Source: a virus. From it: 64,000 bases of DNA. The translations under genes and the position numbers were made by a program. This document shows positions 48,377-57,869 of this stretch, piece after piece (position 1 is the first letter of the stretch; every line of letters begins with the position of its first letter). Below the pieces are notes generated by a model, which did not search any database, was not told where the DNA came from, and saw only the letters and a program-made list of their open reading frames with translations. The DNA is taken from UHGV virus genome UHGV-0390448; one strand, 5' to 3'.

Positions 48377-48586
48377 ATGGCTATTGCCGCAAGTTACACC
48401 ATGCATCTCTATTGTGACTGCCGCCAGTGTACGGAAGGTGTATATCCAGTGCCAGACTTCGGTGAGTATATCGGTACGTCATGGTCTGGCTGTGCAAAAG
48501 AGGCACGTAAGGATGGCTGGCGAATAAGCAAAGACAAAACACGTGCTTTTGCGCCAGGGCATAAAGTTTTAAGGATTAACAAATGA
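48377..48586 (+). CDS. Small Cys-rich protein
   Basis: Start after RBS AAGGAGAG; contains CDCRQC. Confidence 0.35.
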   Translation: MAIAASYTMHLYCDCRQCTEGVYPVPDFGEYIGTSWSGCAKEARKDGWRISKDKTRAFAPGHKVLRINK

Positions 48587-49521
48587 CCACTATTACCAAA
48601 GAGTTCACCAAAGAGCAGTTGATTGAGCAGGCTAAGAAGAATATTGAGGTTCTTCGAGTTGCGGTGGAAAGAGTCCCAGGCGCTTATGATGCGGCGGTTA
48701 TTCATCTCAAGCTGGCTGAAATTACGCTGGCATCGCTGGAAGCAGAGCCTGTTCTGTATCAGTCCTGCACACGCCCCACCTGGAATAGCGGAGTTCCGTG
48801 GACGGAATGGAAAGAACGTAGTCGTGAGGGCTACGAAGACGATTTGCGCTTTACAGACACGCCTGACCATGCCGGTTGGATAAACAAATGTCGAAAACTA
48901 TATACCACTCCGCCAGCACCGATAGCGTTAGAGGCCATTGAAAACGCAATTGAATATATCCGCAGTATCGCTTTTCACATCGATGAAGACGATTACCACG
49001 GCAAGCATATTGCGTATTTCATGCGACAAGCACTGGTCTGGCTGGAAGGGCATTCATGCAGCAACGACAGACAGGGTAAAGCCGAGAATCAACCAGTACG
49101 CGGCAACCAGACTGCCGAATCCAATCGCGGTAATGAGTGGACCGGCAATCCTGATATTGATAACGCCATCATCATGCTCGATCGCATAGATACGCTGGAA
49201 AGTTGCGATGATGACCGTATTGAGGCGGTTAAGGCTGTTTTGCGTAGACTGGCTGGCAACTATCCGGTAACTCCGGATGGTTGGATAAGCTGTAGTGAGC
49301 GAATGCCAGAAATGGGAGAGCGACAATGCTATGTGTTAGCAGCTGACTTTAAAAACAACTACCCACCAAACATCCCCAACACTCAGGTCGGCGTATATGG
49401 CGACTGGTTTAATGATGGCAATCCCACTTGGGATGACGGTGATGGCGAAGACCTGTATCTCAAAGAGGTAACCCACTGGATGCGGCTACCGGAACCGCCG
49501 CAGGAGGTTAACCGTGGCTAA
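48583..49521 (+). CDS. Hypothetical protein
   Basis: 312-aa ORF; ATGA overlap with the upstream gene. Confidence 0.45.
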   Translation: MTTITKEFTKEQLIEQAKKNIEVLRVAVERVPGAYDAAVIHLKLAEITLASLEAEPVLYQSCTRPTWNSGVPWTEWKERSREGYEDDLRFTDTPDHAGWINKCRKLYTTPPAPIALEAIENAIEYIRSIAFHIDEDDYHGKHIAYFMRQALVWLEGHSCSNDRQGKAENQPVRGNQTAESNRGNEWTGNPDIDNAIIMLDRIDTLESCDDDRIEAVKAVLRRLAGNYPVTPDGWISCSERMPEMGERQCYVLAADFKNNYPPNIPNTQVGVYGDWFNDGNPTWDDGDGEDLYLKEVTHWMRLPEPPQEVNRG

Positions 49522-49697
49522 CCTGCAACTTATCCTCAAAGGTGAAAAGATTTGAGGATTCGCATCATTAATAACACCGACAAGCATCCGGAAGATTATT
49601 TGGATTGCTCGTTAGCAGAGCGCGTGGAATTGATATAAGAAAATCTCCGCACATCGGCAACACACAGCTAAATATGTTCGCAATAAAGGGTAAATCA

Positions 49698-50099
49698 ATG
49701 GCTAAATTTCGGAGAACTATTATTTTTCTGGCAATGTTATCTGCCTGCCATTTATCACATGCATCGGTTATTGTTGCAACCGCCGCAACAACGGCAGCAA
49801 TTAGCGCCTCAGCCGCAAGCGAGCAGGAGCAACGCACTGCAATCAATGCATCCGCAAATACTACCACTGTAGCAGTCACGCAAGATAAGCCAAATATAGG
49901 CTTTGTTACTTGCGGAAAACGGTATGGAGAGACGGTCGGTTCTCTTGGTTGCGCAGTGTGGCATGACGAACGAGCAGAAATTCCGTGGAAATCATGGCCT
50001 GGTTACATTCTTGGCGAAAAGATACCCACCAGCTATGAAGTAAATGCTATTTCGTTCGATCAATATAACAGAGTCGCAACGGTCTACTTTTCTTATTAA
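49698..50099 (+). CDS. Secreted protein with signal peptide
   Basis: MAKFRRTIIFLAMLSACHLSHASV N-terminus. Confidence 0.45.
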   Translation: MAKFRRTIIFLAMLSACHLSHASVIVATAATTAAISASAASEQEQRTAINASANTTTVAVTQDKPNIGFVTCGKRYGETVGSLGCAVWHDERAEIPWKSWPGYILGEKIPTSYEVNAISFDQYNRVATVYFSY

Positions 50100-50105
50100 C
50101 ACGGA

Positions 50106-50405
50106 GTGATTATGTGGCGCGGTAATAATCATGGCAGAAGCCATATGATACTTACCGAATATAAGCTAGACCACAAAACCAATAAATCACGCTCAGTATA
50201 TTTGCTTCGGCACAATAGCCGCGTAAGGAATACCGTGCTGGAGCAAAATCTGACCGTTGAAATGGATAATTTCGGGAATTTCAGGCCAACAATATCGCTT
50301 GATGATTTCCCACGTGGTTTAAGCGAAAGAGAAGCAATGCTGAAATTAGCAGAATGGCTACAAAGATTGAGTATTGTTATTGAAGATAACTGGAGTCAAC
50401 CATAA
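50106..50405 (+). CDS. Hypothetical small protein
   Basis: 99-aa ORF. Confidence 0.35.
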   Translation: MIMWRGNNHGRSHMILTEYKLDHKTNKSRSVYLLRHNSRVRNTVLEQNLTVEMDNFGNFRPTISLDDFPRGLSEREAMLKLAEWLQRLSIVIEDNWSQP

Positions 50406-50581
50406 TGAAAAACAGAAAGAAATTTTGGATTACTTTTTTGTTTGTATGCCTTTGTGGTTTATTTATTTTATTAGCTGGTGGTGTTAAATGGGGTACGGTG
50501 GGGTGTGGTTTTTGGAGCGGGGTTACTCTTTTCGCAGCCTGGCTTATTGCCAACTTTGAGTCAGGCGGAGGGTATTGGTAA
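50405..50581 (+). CDS. Small hydrophobic membrane protein (58 aa), below the ORF-track cutoff
   Basis: Hand translation MKNRKKFWITFLFVCLCGLFILLAGGVKWGTVGCGFWSGVTLFAAWLIANFESGGGYW; TAATG overlap with the upstream stop. Confidence 0.4.
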   Translation: MKNRKKFWITFLFVCLCGLFILLAGGVKWGTVGCGFWSGVTLFAAWLIANFESGGGYW

Positions 50582-50660
50582 GTGGTCTTATTCCCCACTT
50601 CATAACGGATATCACTCTCGTGATAACGGATATTCCAATTTTGATAACGGATAAGGCCAA

Positions 50661-50870
50661 ATGAAGCATTTTTTAAGACTGGCATTTGTTCTGGCGCTAT
50701 TTGCTCCTCCGGCTGCAATGGCTGGAGAACAGCAACATTGCACAAAAGAGAATGAACACCCTTTCATCGTTATTCAATGTGATGACGGAACGGTGACAGT
50801 AGTTAATGTAAGGGATAAACGTGCAGCCGTATGCCGTAAAGGCGAACCATGCAAGGAAATAAAACTATGA
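50661..50870 (+). CDS. Small secreted protein
   Basis: MKHFLRLAFVLALFAPPAAMA signal peptide, four Cys in the mature part. Confidence 0.45.
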   Translation: MKHFLRLAFVLALFAPPAAMAGEQQHCTKENEHPFIVIQCDDGTVTVVNVRDKRAAVCRKGEPCKEIKL

Positions 50871-51664
50871 CTAAAATCACTAAATTTCGCATATCAGAGA
50901 TTATTGCACGCATCGAAATGTATGGACACGGCGCTGGATACACGGCAGATGAGGTATTGGAGCTTGCCCAAATAGCGTTAGCAACCTGCAAAGACGGTGA
51001 GAGTATAAAGCTGATTGACTTGTTGGTGCTGGAGCTGCCAAAGCGTGGAGGGTGGCCTGATGATGTGCTCGATTGTCGCATGGTTAGAGAGGACTGCTGT
51101 GAACCATCATATGGTTTCTTTGCTTTTGGCTCTGATCCAGCGAAAAGCCCGCGTGGGCGCAATTTTTGCCTTGAGGTCAGGCTTCCGATAAGTAACCTTG
51201 ATCGCGAGGAATACACGGAAATAATTTCGCGCAAACAATACGAAGAGGCTCTTGAAGCATCCAATAAGTTAAATTTTGAGCAATGGCTGGGGCAACAACG
51301 CGAAAAAATCGACCTGGACTGCGGTTGTGTGTCTACTGAAACATTCATGCACTGGCTGCGAGTAGCCTATGAATCTGGCAACCGTCTGGATACTCATCCA
51401 CAAGAGGTGCCGAAGCCAAGAGTAAGCACAACTCTGGAAAGGAGCTATCTTGAAACTGCATTAAAGATTAAGGCAGGCCATACGCTAGGCGTCATTGATG
51501 CCATGTTGGTTCATGAAATGGCGAAGGCTTTACTACCAGAAATTCCCGCGAATACGCCTACGCAAGTTCTGGCGCTAATGAACCAACACAATCTGCCCAG
51601 GGAAGCATTCTGGTGCTTTGACCATGAACAGTGGAGATACTCATGCTATGAATGCCGGTATTAA
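50867..51664 (+). CDS. Hypothetical protein
   Basis: ORF with ATGA overlap to the upstream gene. Confidence 0.4.
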   Translation: MTKITKFRISEIIARIEMYGHGAGYTADEVLELAQIALATCKDGESIKLIDLLVLELPKRGGWPDDVLDCRMVREDCCEPSYGFFAFGSDPAKSPRGRNFCLEVRLPISNLDREEYTEIISRKQYEEALEASNKLNFEQWLGQQREKIDLDCGCVSTETFMHWLRVAYESGNRLDTHPQEVPKPRVSTTLERSYLETALKIKAGHTLGVIDAMLVHEMAKALLPEIPANTPTQVLALMNQHNLPREAFWCFDHEQWRYSCYECRY

Positions 51665-51720
51665 TGATGACTGGTGAGCTTGTAGTTCTGGCTACCCGCA
51701 GTACCCCTGGTTACTACAAA

Positions 51721-52071
51721 TCATTGTAGTGGGTGGCATTTAACGAAATCGATCACCCTATCCTGAACTTCAGAAAGAAGGGCTTTTTCACGCGCCAGGA
51801 CGTCAGGATATTGACGTTCTGGCCTTACCAGATGCCGGAGCTTCCCATTAAGCAGAATGGCCTCAGAAAACACTTTTACGCTGTGCTTTATCCCCTCTGT
51901 TTCACTTTTCAGCGTCAAAATAAAGCGCAATTGCTTATTAGCCTGATTCAGATTCAATACACGAATTTGCAGTTCGTCTATGCTGTTTCGCAATGGGATT
52001 GATGCCACCACACTGGTGCAGTCTCTGATTGTCTGAATTGAACGGCTAACATTGAGAACGTTATTGTGCAT
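51721..52071 (-). CDS. Hypothetical protein, member of a divergent paralog pair
   Basis: N-terminus MHNNVLNVSRSIQTIRDCTSVVAS parallels MLNYHDNTRSMQTIRTNTAVVDS of the ORF at 52381. Confidence 0.4.
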   Translation of the reverse strand: MHNNVLNVSRSIQTIRDCTSVVASIPLRNSIDELQIRVLNLNQANKQLRFILTLKSETEGIKHSVKVFSEAILLNGKLRHLVRPERQYPDVLAREKALLSEVQDRVIDFVKCHPLQ

Positions 52072-52103
52072 GTGCCTGATCCACTAACTCCTGGAGGTTT
52101 CTT

Positions 52104-52355
52104 GTGTCAGATCGAAATATAGCAGCTAAAAGCCAGGAAGAGCGAGACAAGGTGAACGTAGACCTTGCCGCCAGCGGCGTTGCTTACAAAGAACGGCTGA
52201 ATATACCTGTGATTGCAGAGCAGGTGGCCCGTGAGCAACCGGAAAACCTGCGCGCATATTTCATGGAACGGCTACGGCACTACCGGCAGTTAAGCCTCCA
52301 GTTGCCAAAAGGGAGCGATCCGGTGTATCAGAACGAGGATGCACCAAAAAAATAA
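52104..52355 (+). CDS. Hypothetical small protein
   Basis: 83-aa ORF between the paralog pair. Confidence 0.35.
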   Translation: MSDRNIAAKSQEERDKVNVDLAASGVAYKERLNIPVIAEQVAREQPENLRAYFMERLRHYRQLSLQLPKGSDPVYQNEDAPKK

Positions 52356-52380
52356 CGGCAAGATGGGGGAGACATTAAAC

Positions 52381-52731
52381 ATGCTTAACTATCACGACAA
52401 CACGCGTTCTATGCAGACAATCCGCACCAATACAGCGGTGGTTGATAGCTTTCCTGTACATACCCAAGGCCGTGAAGATACCGTGGAAGTGCGACGCATG
52501 TTGTGTCGCCGGTCACCAGGCCACCAGCACTTCATCGTAACGTTTAAAAGCGATGTAGAGCGCGCCGAAAAAATCTCTAACTCCACATCTCTGGTTAAGC
52601 CGTTGGCGGAGGTTATTGTGCGCAACAATAAGGCGCGCTTTGTCCTTGAGGAGCATCATTCTGATTTTAATGAAAAAATCGAGTCAAGCATTTTGCAATA
52701 TATGAATGGCACGTTCACGCCACCAATGTGA
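52381..52731 (+). CDS. Hypothetical protein, paralog of 51721-52071
   Basis: Shared N-terminal motif and equal length (116 aa). Confidence 0.4.
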   Translation: MLNYHDNTRSMQTIRTNTAVVDSFPVHTQGREDTVEVRRMLCRRSPGHQHFIVTFKSDVERAEKISNSTSLVKPLAEVIVRNNKARFVLEEHHSDFNEKIESSILQYMNGTFTPPM

Positions 52732-52830
52732 TTAGCCCCCAGCGTGGCGCGCGTACAAACCCCGCTTTCACAAACTATGCCTTTTCAATGTATACTGTAT
52801 GAATAAACAGTATTATTGAGGTAAAACGCT

Positions 52831-53220
52831 ATGGGCTTCCCTTCTCCTGCGGCGGATTATGCAGAGAGCCGTATTTCTCTTGATCAGCAACTAATCAGAC
52901 ATCCTTCAGCAACCTACTTCATGCGGGCGGCAGACAGCCATCACCGTGAGGGAATATTGCAGGGTGCTTTGCTGGTGGTTGATTCCTCACTTACTCCGGT
53001 TGATGGTTCACTGCTTATATGCGCTATGGAGGGGGAATATCGCGTAAAAAGATACCGGAAGTATCCGCGCCAGCACCTGGAGGATTTAAGAACCGGGAAG
53101 AAAGAGGCGTTACCAGTAGATGACGATGGATACACGGGCAGTAATGCTGTTTTTGGTGTGATCACTCATGTCATCAATGATGCCCGAAGTGGGGAATTTG
53201 ATGATTGTCCGGTGATTTAA
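52831..53220 (+). CDS. humD: UmuD-like S24 peptidase (HumD-type)
   Basis: 129 aa UmuD-prime-like domain; position directly upstream of phd-doc as in P1. Confidence 0.65.
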   Translation: MGFPSPAADYAESRISLDQQLIRHPSATYFMRAADSHHREGILQGALLVVDSSLTPVDGSLLICAMEGEYRVKRYRKYPRQHLEDLRTGKKEALPVDDDGYTGSNAVFGVITHVINDARSGEFDDCPVI

Positions 53221-53292
53221 GCTGCAAAGTGCTGGTGCTTTATGCCTGTGAAGTTTATAGTTGTGTACACATAACGAGTACACGAGGTGTTT

Positions 53293-53514
53293 ATGCAATC
53301 CATTAACTTCCGTACCGCGCGCGGCAACCTTTCTGAAGTGCTCAACAATGTTGAAGCCGGGGAAGAGGTTGAAATCACCCGCAGAGGCCGTGAGCCAGCA
53401 GTAATTGTCAACAAGGCTACTTTTGAAGCCTACAAAAAAGCGGCGCTGGATGCCGAATTTGCATCCCTGTTTGACACTCTGGACTCCACCAACAAGGAAC
53501 TGGTTAACCGATAA
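53293..53514 (+). CDS. phd: Phd antitoxin
   Basis: [39 protein letters not shown]... is essentially the P1 Phd sequence as I recall it. Confidence 0.9.
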   Translation: MQSINFRTARGNLSEVLNNVEAGEEVEITRRGREPAVIVNKATFEAYKKAALDAEFASLFDTLDSTNKELVNR

Positions 53515-53894
53515 TGAGGCATATATCACCGGAAGAACTTATTGCGCTTCATGATGCGAATATAAACCGCTACGGCGGCCTGCCGGGAATGTCAGATCCG
53601 GGTAGGGCAGAGGCCATTATCGGGAGAGTTCAGGCCAGAGTTGCCTACGAAGAGATCACCGACCTTTTCGAAGTCTCCGCCACCTACCTGGTGGCTACTG
53701 CGAGAGGGCATATATTCAATGATGCCAATAAGCGTACCGCGCTAAACAGTGCGCTGCTATTTCTACGCCGTAACGGTATACAGGTATATGATTCTCCCGT
53801 GCTGGTGGAACTTGCGGTTGGGGCTGCAACTGGTGAAATCCCCGTATCTTCAGTAGCGGAGAAACTACGTGAACTATATGGTTCCAATATTTGA
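53514..53894 (+). CDS. doc: Doc toxin (Fic-fold kinase)
   Basis: [87 protein letters not shown] matches P1 Doc. Confidence 0.9.
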   Translation: MRHISPEELIALHDANINRYGGLPGMSDPGRAEAIIGRVQARVAYEEITDLFEVSATYLVATARGHIFNDANKRTALNSALLFLRRNGIQVYDSPVLVELAVGAATGEIPVSSVAEKLRELYGSNI

Positions 53895-53929
53895 AAAGAA
53901 GCCCGCTCAACCAGGCGGGCTTCCTACTA

Positions 53930-55036
53930 TCACTCAATGATTTTTTCTGCTGTCAGCCAGCTAATTTCTTGCCTGTCTTTCGGCGGTTTTAGCATGTGGG
54001 CGTATTCAGCGACATTCTCCCACGGAATTGTTTTTGCCCACTCAACGATAGCATTGTGATCTGCAGTGAAGAGTGGAATGGTGTGCGATTTCAACCACTC
54101 TAATGTTGTAACGCCATGTTTTTTTGCGTGGTGCTGTGCATGATGCCGGGCTATCACTTGTAATGGCATTGTCCATTCACTACCATCAGGCATCGAAAAG
54201 CGCATTGTTTTCGGCATATCTGATTCAAGAACAGCCTCCCGAATACCCGGGAACTCACCAAGAACCATGCGACGGTAATCATCGCCGATTTTACCACCAT
54301 ACATTTCTGCAATCCCATCAAGATAATCTTGAGTAAGCAGAGGTGATTCTTCTGCGTTCAGCTTGATGGCTGTATAAATACCACATGGATTTTCTTCAGT
54401 TTTTGCACGACCATGATGGGAATCGTAAAAGTGTCCATGTTCCTCCTCTGGAGGAGCGGACATTAAAAGTATACGTGAATCGTCACTCACTAAAGATGCT
54501 CTTAACATCCCGAATAGCCGATAGCTTACAAGAGCCGCGTCCATAACAATGATCAAAAGATGTTCAGCATAATATCCGGCTACATCTTCCTCATAATTTA
54601 GGCGATATGGTTTAATTTCGCAGCCCCAAGATTTTTGGTAACGATGATTGAGGCCATTTTGGTCGATTTGAAAATACTCTCCCAGTAATGGCGCTTTTGT
54701 ATTAGCTTTCTCCCAATACATATTCATGAGTGAGAGAGTTACCATTCCATTACGCTCAAAGTCTGGAGCGACCATGACCGTTTTAGACTCAGGCATCAGG
54801 ATCGTATAAAGGATACAAATGATAGCCAGAGCAGACTTATGTCCTATCCCAGTCGGTGTGGTAACGCTGACTGCTGAACCTTTTTGTTGAATCGCTTCAA
54901 CAATTAATTTTTGCTGGTGGGTTAACTTAACCCCCATCAACTCTTCTGCTGCTAATGCCCAGTCATGGCTATATTTGCTTACCAGCTCTCTCCACTCTGG
55001 TAATTCGGTGATGTTTTTAGGCGTCAGCATCAGCAT
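53930..55036 (-). CDS. Terminase-large-subunit ATPase-domain paralog with degenerate Walker motifs and no nuclease domain
   Basis: 368 aa, collinear with the first ~240 aa of the PacB-like terminase (shared AEHLL.I, MLSQPTRPSGYFYESHH vs LLMSAPPEEEHGHFYDSHH, NPEGVWTAIVLNSEESP vs NPCGIYTAIKLNAEESP), but Walker A reads PTGIGHKS and Walker B IIVMDAA (no DE); C-terminal 130 aa unrelated. Confidence 0.6.
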   Translation of the reverse strand: MLMLTPKNITELPEWRELVSKYSHDWALAAEELMGVKLTHQQKLIVEAIQQKGSAVSVTTPTGIGHKSALAIICILYTILMPESKTVMVAPDFERNGMVTLSLMNMYWEKANTKAPLLGEYFQIDQNGLNHRYQKSWGCEIKPYRLNYEEDVAGYYAEHLLIIVMDAALVSYRLFGMLRASLVSDDSRILLMSAPPEEEHGHFYDSHHGRAKTEENPCGIYTAIKLNAEESPLLTQDYLDGIAEMYGGKIGDDYRRMVLGEFPGIREAVLESDMPKTMRFSMPDGSEWTMPLQVIARHHAQHHAKKHGVTTLEWLKSHTIPLFTADHNAIVEWAKTIPWENVAEYAHMLKPPKDRQEISWLTAEKIIE

Positions 55037-55823
55037 CCTCCGCTACCTCTGCCTCCACATCTGCCGCGACTTCATCGGACTGTTCTTCTTTGGCCTGTTC
55101 TGCAATCGCCGCACGGCATTTCGCCCTGGCTGTAGCGATAGCCTCAACTTTCACGTCATTAGGAATACTTGAGGTGACATACATATCCAGTTCTTCAGCA
55201 CGGAATACTGTTTTGCCCAGGAATTCATCAAGCATCCAGGTTAAGGAAAAGTCGCAGGAAATCAGGTCTACTTCGCCTTCCGCGCCGTTTGGGAAATGGA
55301 TAAATATCTGTTTGCCCAGGCCAAGCACGCGACAAGCAGCCATCATTACTGCAAGTTCCAGGTCTTTGTTTTCACCTGCTACTGGTTGATCCACACCAGT
55401 AATAGTGCCGTTCAAATGGATATTATATGGCTGATATTTAGAGATACGTTCTACACGCCATGTGCCGGTTAAGGTTCCCTGGCGGAAGATTATCGGCGTG
55501 ACCGAAAGCGACAGCTCTCGAATGAGTTGTTGCGCTATGGCTGGGTCATACAGGGGATCTAACGCGATGCATCCATAAGACTGCGCCAGTTCAAACAATT
55601 CTTCCTGTGTGCACTGAATGCCTCTTGCCGTAATAAAACGTCTGACTCCCGTTTTTCCGTCACGCCAGATAGCAATGCCATTCTCACTATCTAACTCTTC
55701 GTCTAAGCCCAGGTATGTAAGGATGGTTCGCTCAATGGTGGCAAAGGGCAGGGACATATCATCGTTTACATCCACCAGCAGGCCGTTACGCAGGCGATAT
55801 TGAATGTTTTTGGTATTTTCCAC
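55017..55823 (-). CDS. Hypothetical protein with strongly acidic C-terminal tail
   Basis: 268 aa ending EEQSDEVAADVEAEVAEDADADA; overlaps the start of the terminase-paralog gene. Confidence 0.45.
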   Translation of the reverse strand: MENTKNIQYRLRNGLLVDVNDDMSLPFATIERTILTYLGLDEELDSENGIAIWRDGKTGVRRFITARGIQCTQEELFELAQSYGCIALDPLYDPAIAQQLIRELSLSVTPIIFRQGTLTGTWRVERISKYQPYNIHLNGTITGVDQPVAGENKDLELAVMMAACRVLGLGKQIFIHFPNGAEGEVDLISCDFSLTWMLDEFLGKTVFRAEELDMYVTSSIPNDVKVEAIATARAKCRAAIAEQAKEEQSDEVAADVEAEVAEDADADA

Positions 55824-55829
55824 GTTAAA

Positions 55830-56492
55830 TCACTCCACAACAAACCAGTCACAGGCCAGCAGGTCGCCAACTGAAGGCACCCACGGAACAACTACACCTT
55901 GTGCATTTTTTAAGGCGAAATAAGCACCATACGGAACGAGGTCGCCGGGGAAATATCCCTTAATGGCTTCCATTCGTGCCGGGTACTGTCCTTCAGGAAC
56001 CAGCCAGCAGAATTGGTTTTCGCCGTTCCACCCGCGTCGAGCAACTTTCTTGCCATCCTTCAGCCACATCAGCGCGTCAGAAAAGTCGGCTGCTTCAAGG
56101 TCGATTTCTTCTTGTAGAGTAGCGATACCGCCAGCAGAAATAGTTACGTCCCTGGCTGTAATGAATGTCACCCCATTGTGACCTTCAATGCTGAGCAATG
56201 TCCCATTTTCGAAGGCGTCGTTAACCCGGCTATAGCATTTTTCAAATGCTTTCTCTGGCACATAGACCAGATAGCCATTTTCAGCAGTGACGAGATATCC
56301 TCCTATTTGCGGGCGGAATTTTTCCAAGAACACACCATCAACACGAAGCGTCATTCCTTTTGGCTCAACGACTTCGATACTGCCAAAAATGGGCGCATAA
56401 TCTTCGCCGACAATAACAATATCTTTGATTTTCGATGCCCGAATGATGCTGTGGCATTTGTATTTGGGGAACACCTGAAAAGTGCTGACCAT
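55830..56492 (-). CDS. Two-domain protein with C-terminal DUF2829 (Tad2-like) domain
   Basis: C-terminal ~85 aa (FSDALMWLKDGKKVARRGWNGENQF...VPYGAYFALKNAQGVVVPWVPSVGDLLACDWFVVE) matches the DUF2829 signature; N-terminal ~130 aa unassigned. Confidence 0.55.
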   Translation of the reverse strand: MVSTFQVFPKYKCHSIIRASKIKDIVIVGEDYAPIFGSIEVVEPKGMTLRVDGVFLEKFRPQIGGYLVTAENGYLVYVPEKAFEKCYSRVNDAFENGTLLSIEGHNGVTFITARDVTISAGGIATLQEEIDLEAADFSDALMWLKDGKKVARRGWNGENQFCWLVPEGQYPARMEAIKGYFPGDLVPYGAYFALKNAQGVVVPWVPSVGDLLACDWFVVE

Positions 56493-56506
56493 AATCCTTC
56501 CTCTAC

Positions 56507-57001
56507 TTAAAACTTTTCGTACTGAAGCGGTGTACGCTTGATTTCAACGCGGCCTTCCGATGTGCTACCAAAACCACCAGCACCTCGCTCTGTTTCATCG
56601 AGTTCATCAACTTCTACCAGCGATACCGGTTCAACACGCTCAAAAATGCCTTGCATGACCGCCATTCCAGGCTTGAGGCAAACACCTTCACCACCGGGAT
56701 CTGTAATCAGTTTTGCCATGATTTCACCGCGATAATCGGCGTCGATAATTCCTACGCAGTTAGCCAGGCGCGTATGCTTTTTGCAGCCCAATCCGGAACG
56801 AGGATAAAGTTTCAGACACCAACCAGGAGGGATCGCCATAGCGAGGCCGGTATGCACCCACCAGCTTGAGGAAATAGCGCCATTGCTATCGATACCAGGC
56901 GTTATTTCAACAGCAACAAAATCCATCGCCGCCGATCCGGCGGTGGCGTAAACGGGGAGTTTTGCCGCCGGATGAAGGCGTTTCACTTTCACGTTAATCA
57001 T
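56507..57001 (-). CDS. dut: dUTP diphosphatase (dUTPase)
   Basis: 164 aa; LPVYATAGSAAMDF, RSGLG, IDADYRGE and C-terminal GFGSTS motifs collinear with E. coli Dut. Confidence 0.8.
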   Translation of the reverse strand: MINVKVKRLHPAAKLPVYATAGSAAMDFVAVEITPGIDSNGAISSSWWVHTGLAMAIPPGWCLKLYPRSGLGCKKHTRLANCVGIIDADYRGEIMAKLITDPGGEGVCLKPGMAVMQGIFERVEPVSLVEVDELDETERGAGGFGSTSEGRVEIKRTPLQYEKF

Positions 57002-57486
57002 TGCTTTTTAGCTCTCCGGGTAAATGTATAAATCCGGCGTTTGATATGCGGAGCGGTCGGAACGGAGACGCAGGTATTCTCGATAACACCTTGCTCCTCC
57101 AGCGATCGCACAGCACGCAAGAACTGTGATGCATCGCCACCGCCAGATAGCCAGAATTTGCGGGCATAGACGCTGCCATTACGGATAATTTCTGCGATCA
57201 CCCGCGCTTGCGTCTGGCTTTCTCGATAGCCAAAGAGTTCTCTTGCCTCTCCTTGTGGGATAGCCAACTGATAGCCTTTCCCGCTACGGTGACGGACAAA
57301 ACCGTGAGCAATGAGGTTCTTCAGCTCATTTCGGGTGCGGATACACCCGTACTCAGGGAACTGTGTGTTGATATCACCAGGCTTATGCCATTCATCAGGG
57401 CTATCAGCCAGGAGGGACAGAAGTTTCCCTGACAGCTCAGGATTAGTGGTTGGATAGCAGTTCAGGGATGGGTAGTAAGTTTTCAT
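56998..57486 (-). CDS. Hypothetical protein
   Basis: 162-aa ORF, ATGA-overlapped on both sides within the operon downstream of the recombinase. Confidence 0.4.
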   Translation of the reverse strand: MKTYYPSLNCYPTTNPELSGKLLSLLADSPDEWHKPGDINTQFPEYGCIRTRNELKNLIAHGFVRHRSGKGYQLAIPQGEARELFGYRESQTQARVIAEIIRNGSVYARKFWLSGGGDASQFLRAVRSLEEQGVIENTCVSVPTAPHIKRRIYTFTRRAKKQ

Positions 57487-57827
57487 TTGCGCCCCCTTGC
57501 CGGATAGCGCCCGGCATTTGCATCAGGGGCAATGAAGCCGCTGGTGGGGCGAGTGAAAACATGGTTAATTTTCTCGGTCATAGCGCGATAATTTTCCTGA
57601 TAGTGGGCCAGGAGTTTTTCAGCAGCAATGACGGTTACTTTCCGGACGTAGCGTTCAGCTTCCTCCAGATTTCGCCAGTTTTTTTCGAGGGTAAACACGG
57701 GAACGGCATCAAGTCCGGTCATAACACCGAACACCACGACCGCCTGGTCGCGCTTAACGCCCGCAGTGAAGGTTATGGTGTAACCGTCAACAGTGAAGCG
57801 TTTTGATTCCGTAATACGATTGTGCAA
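57483..57827 (-). CDS. Hypothetical protein, first gene of the operator-controlled operon
   Basis: 114-aa ORF; tandem operator-like sites 57870-57900 lie about 60 nt upstream. Confidence 0.4.
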   Translation of the reverse strand: MHNRITESKRFTVDGYTITFTAGVKRDQAVVVFGVMTGLDAVPVFTLEKNWRNLEEAERYVRKVTVIAAEKLLAHYQENYRAMTEKINHVFTRPTSGFIAPDANAGRYPARGRK

Positions 57828-57869
57828 AGTACCCTCCGCAATAGGCGAGGGTACTTTACATTAAAATGC

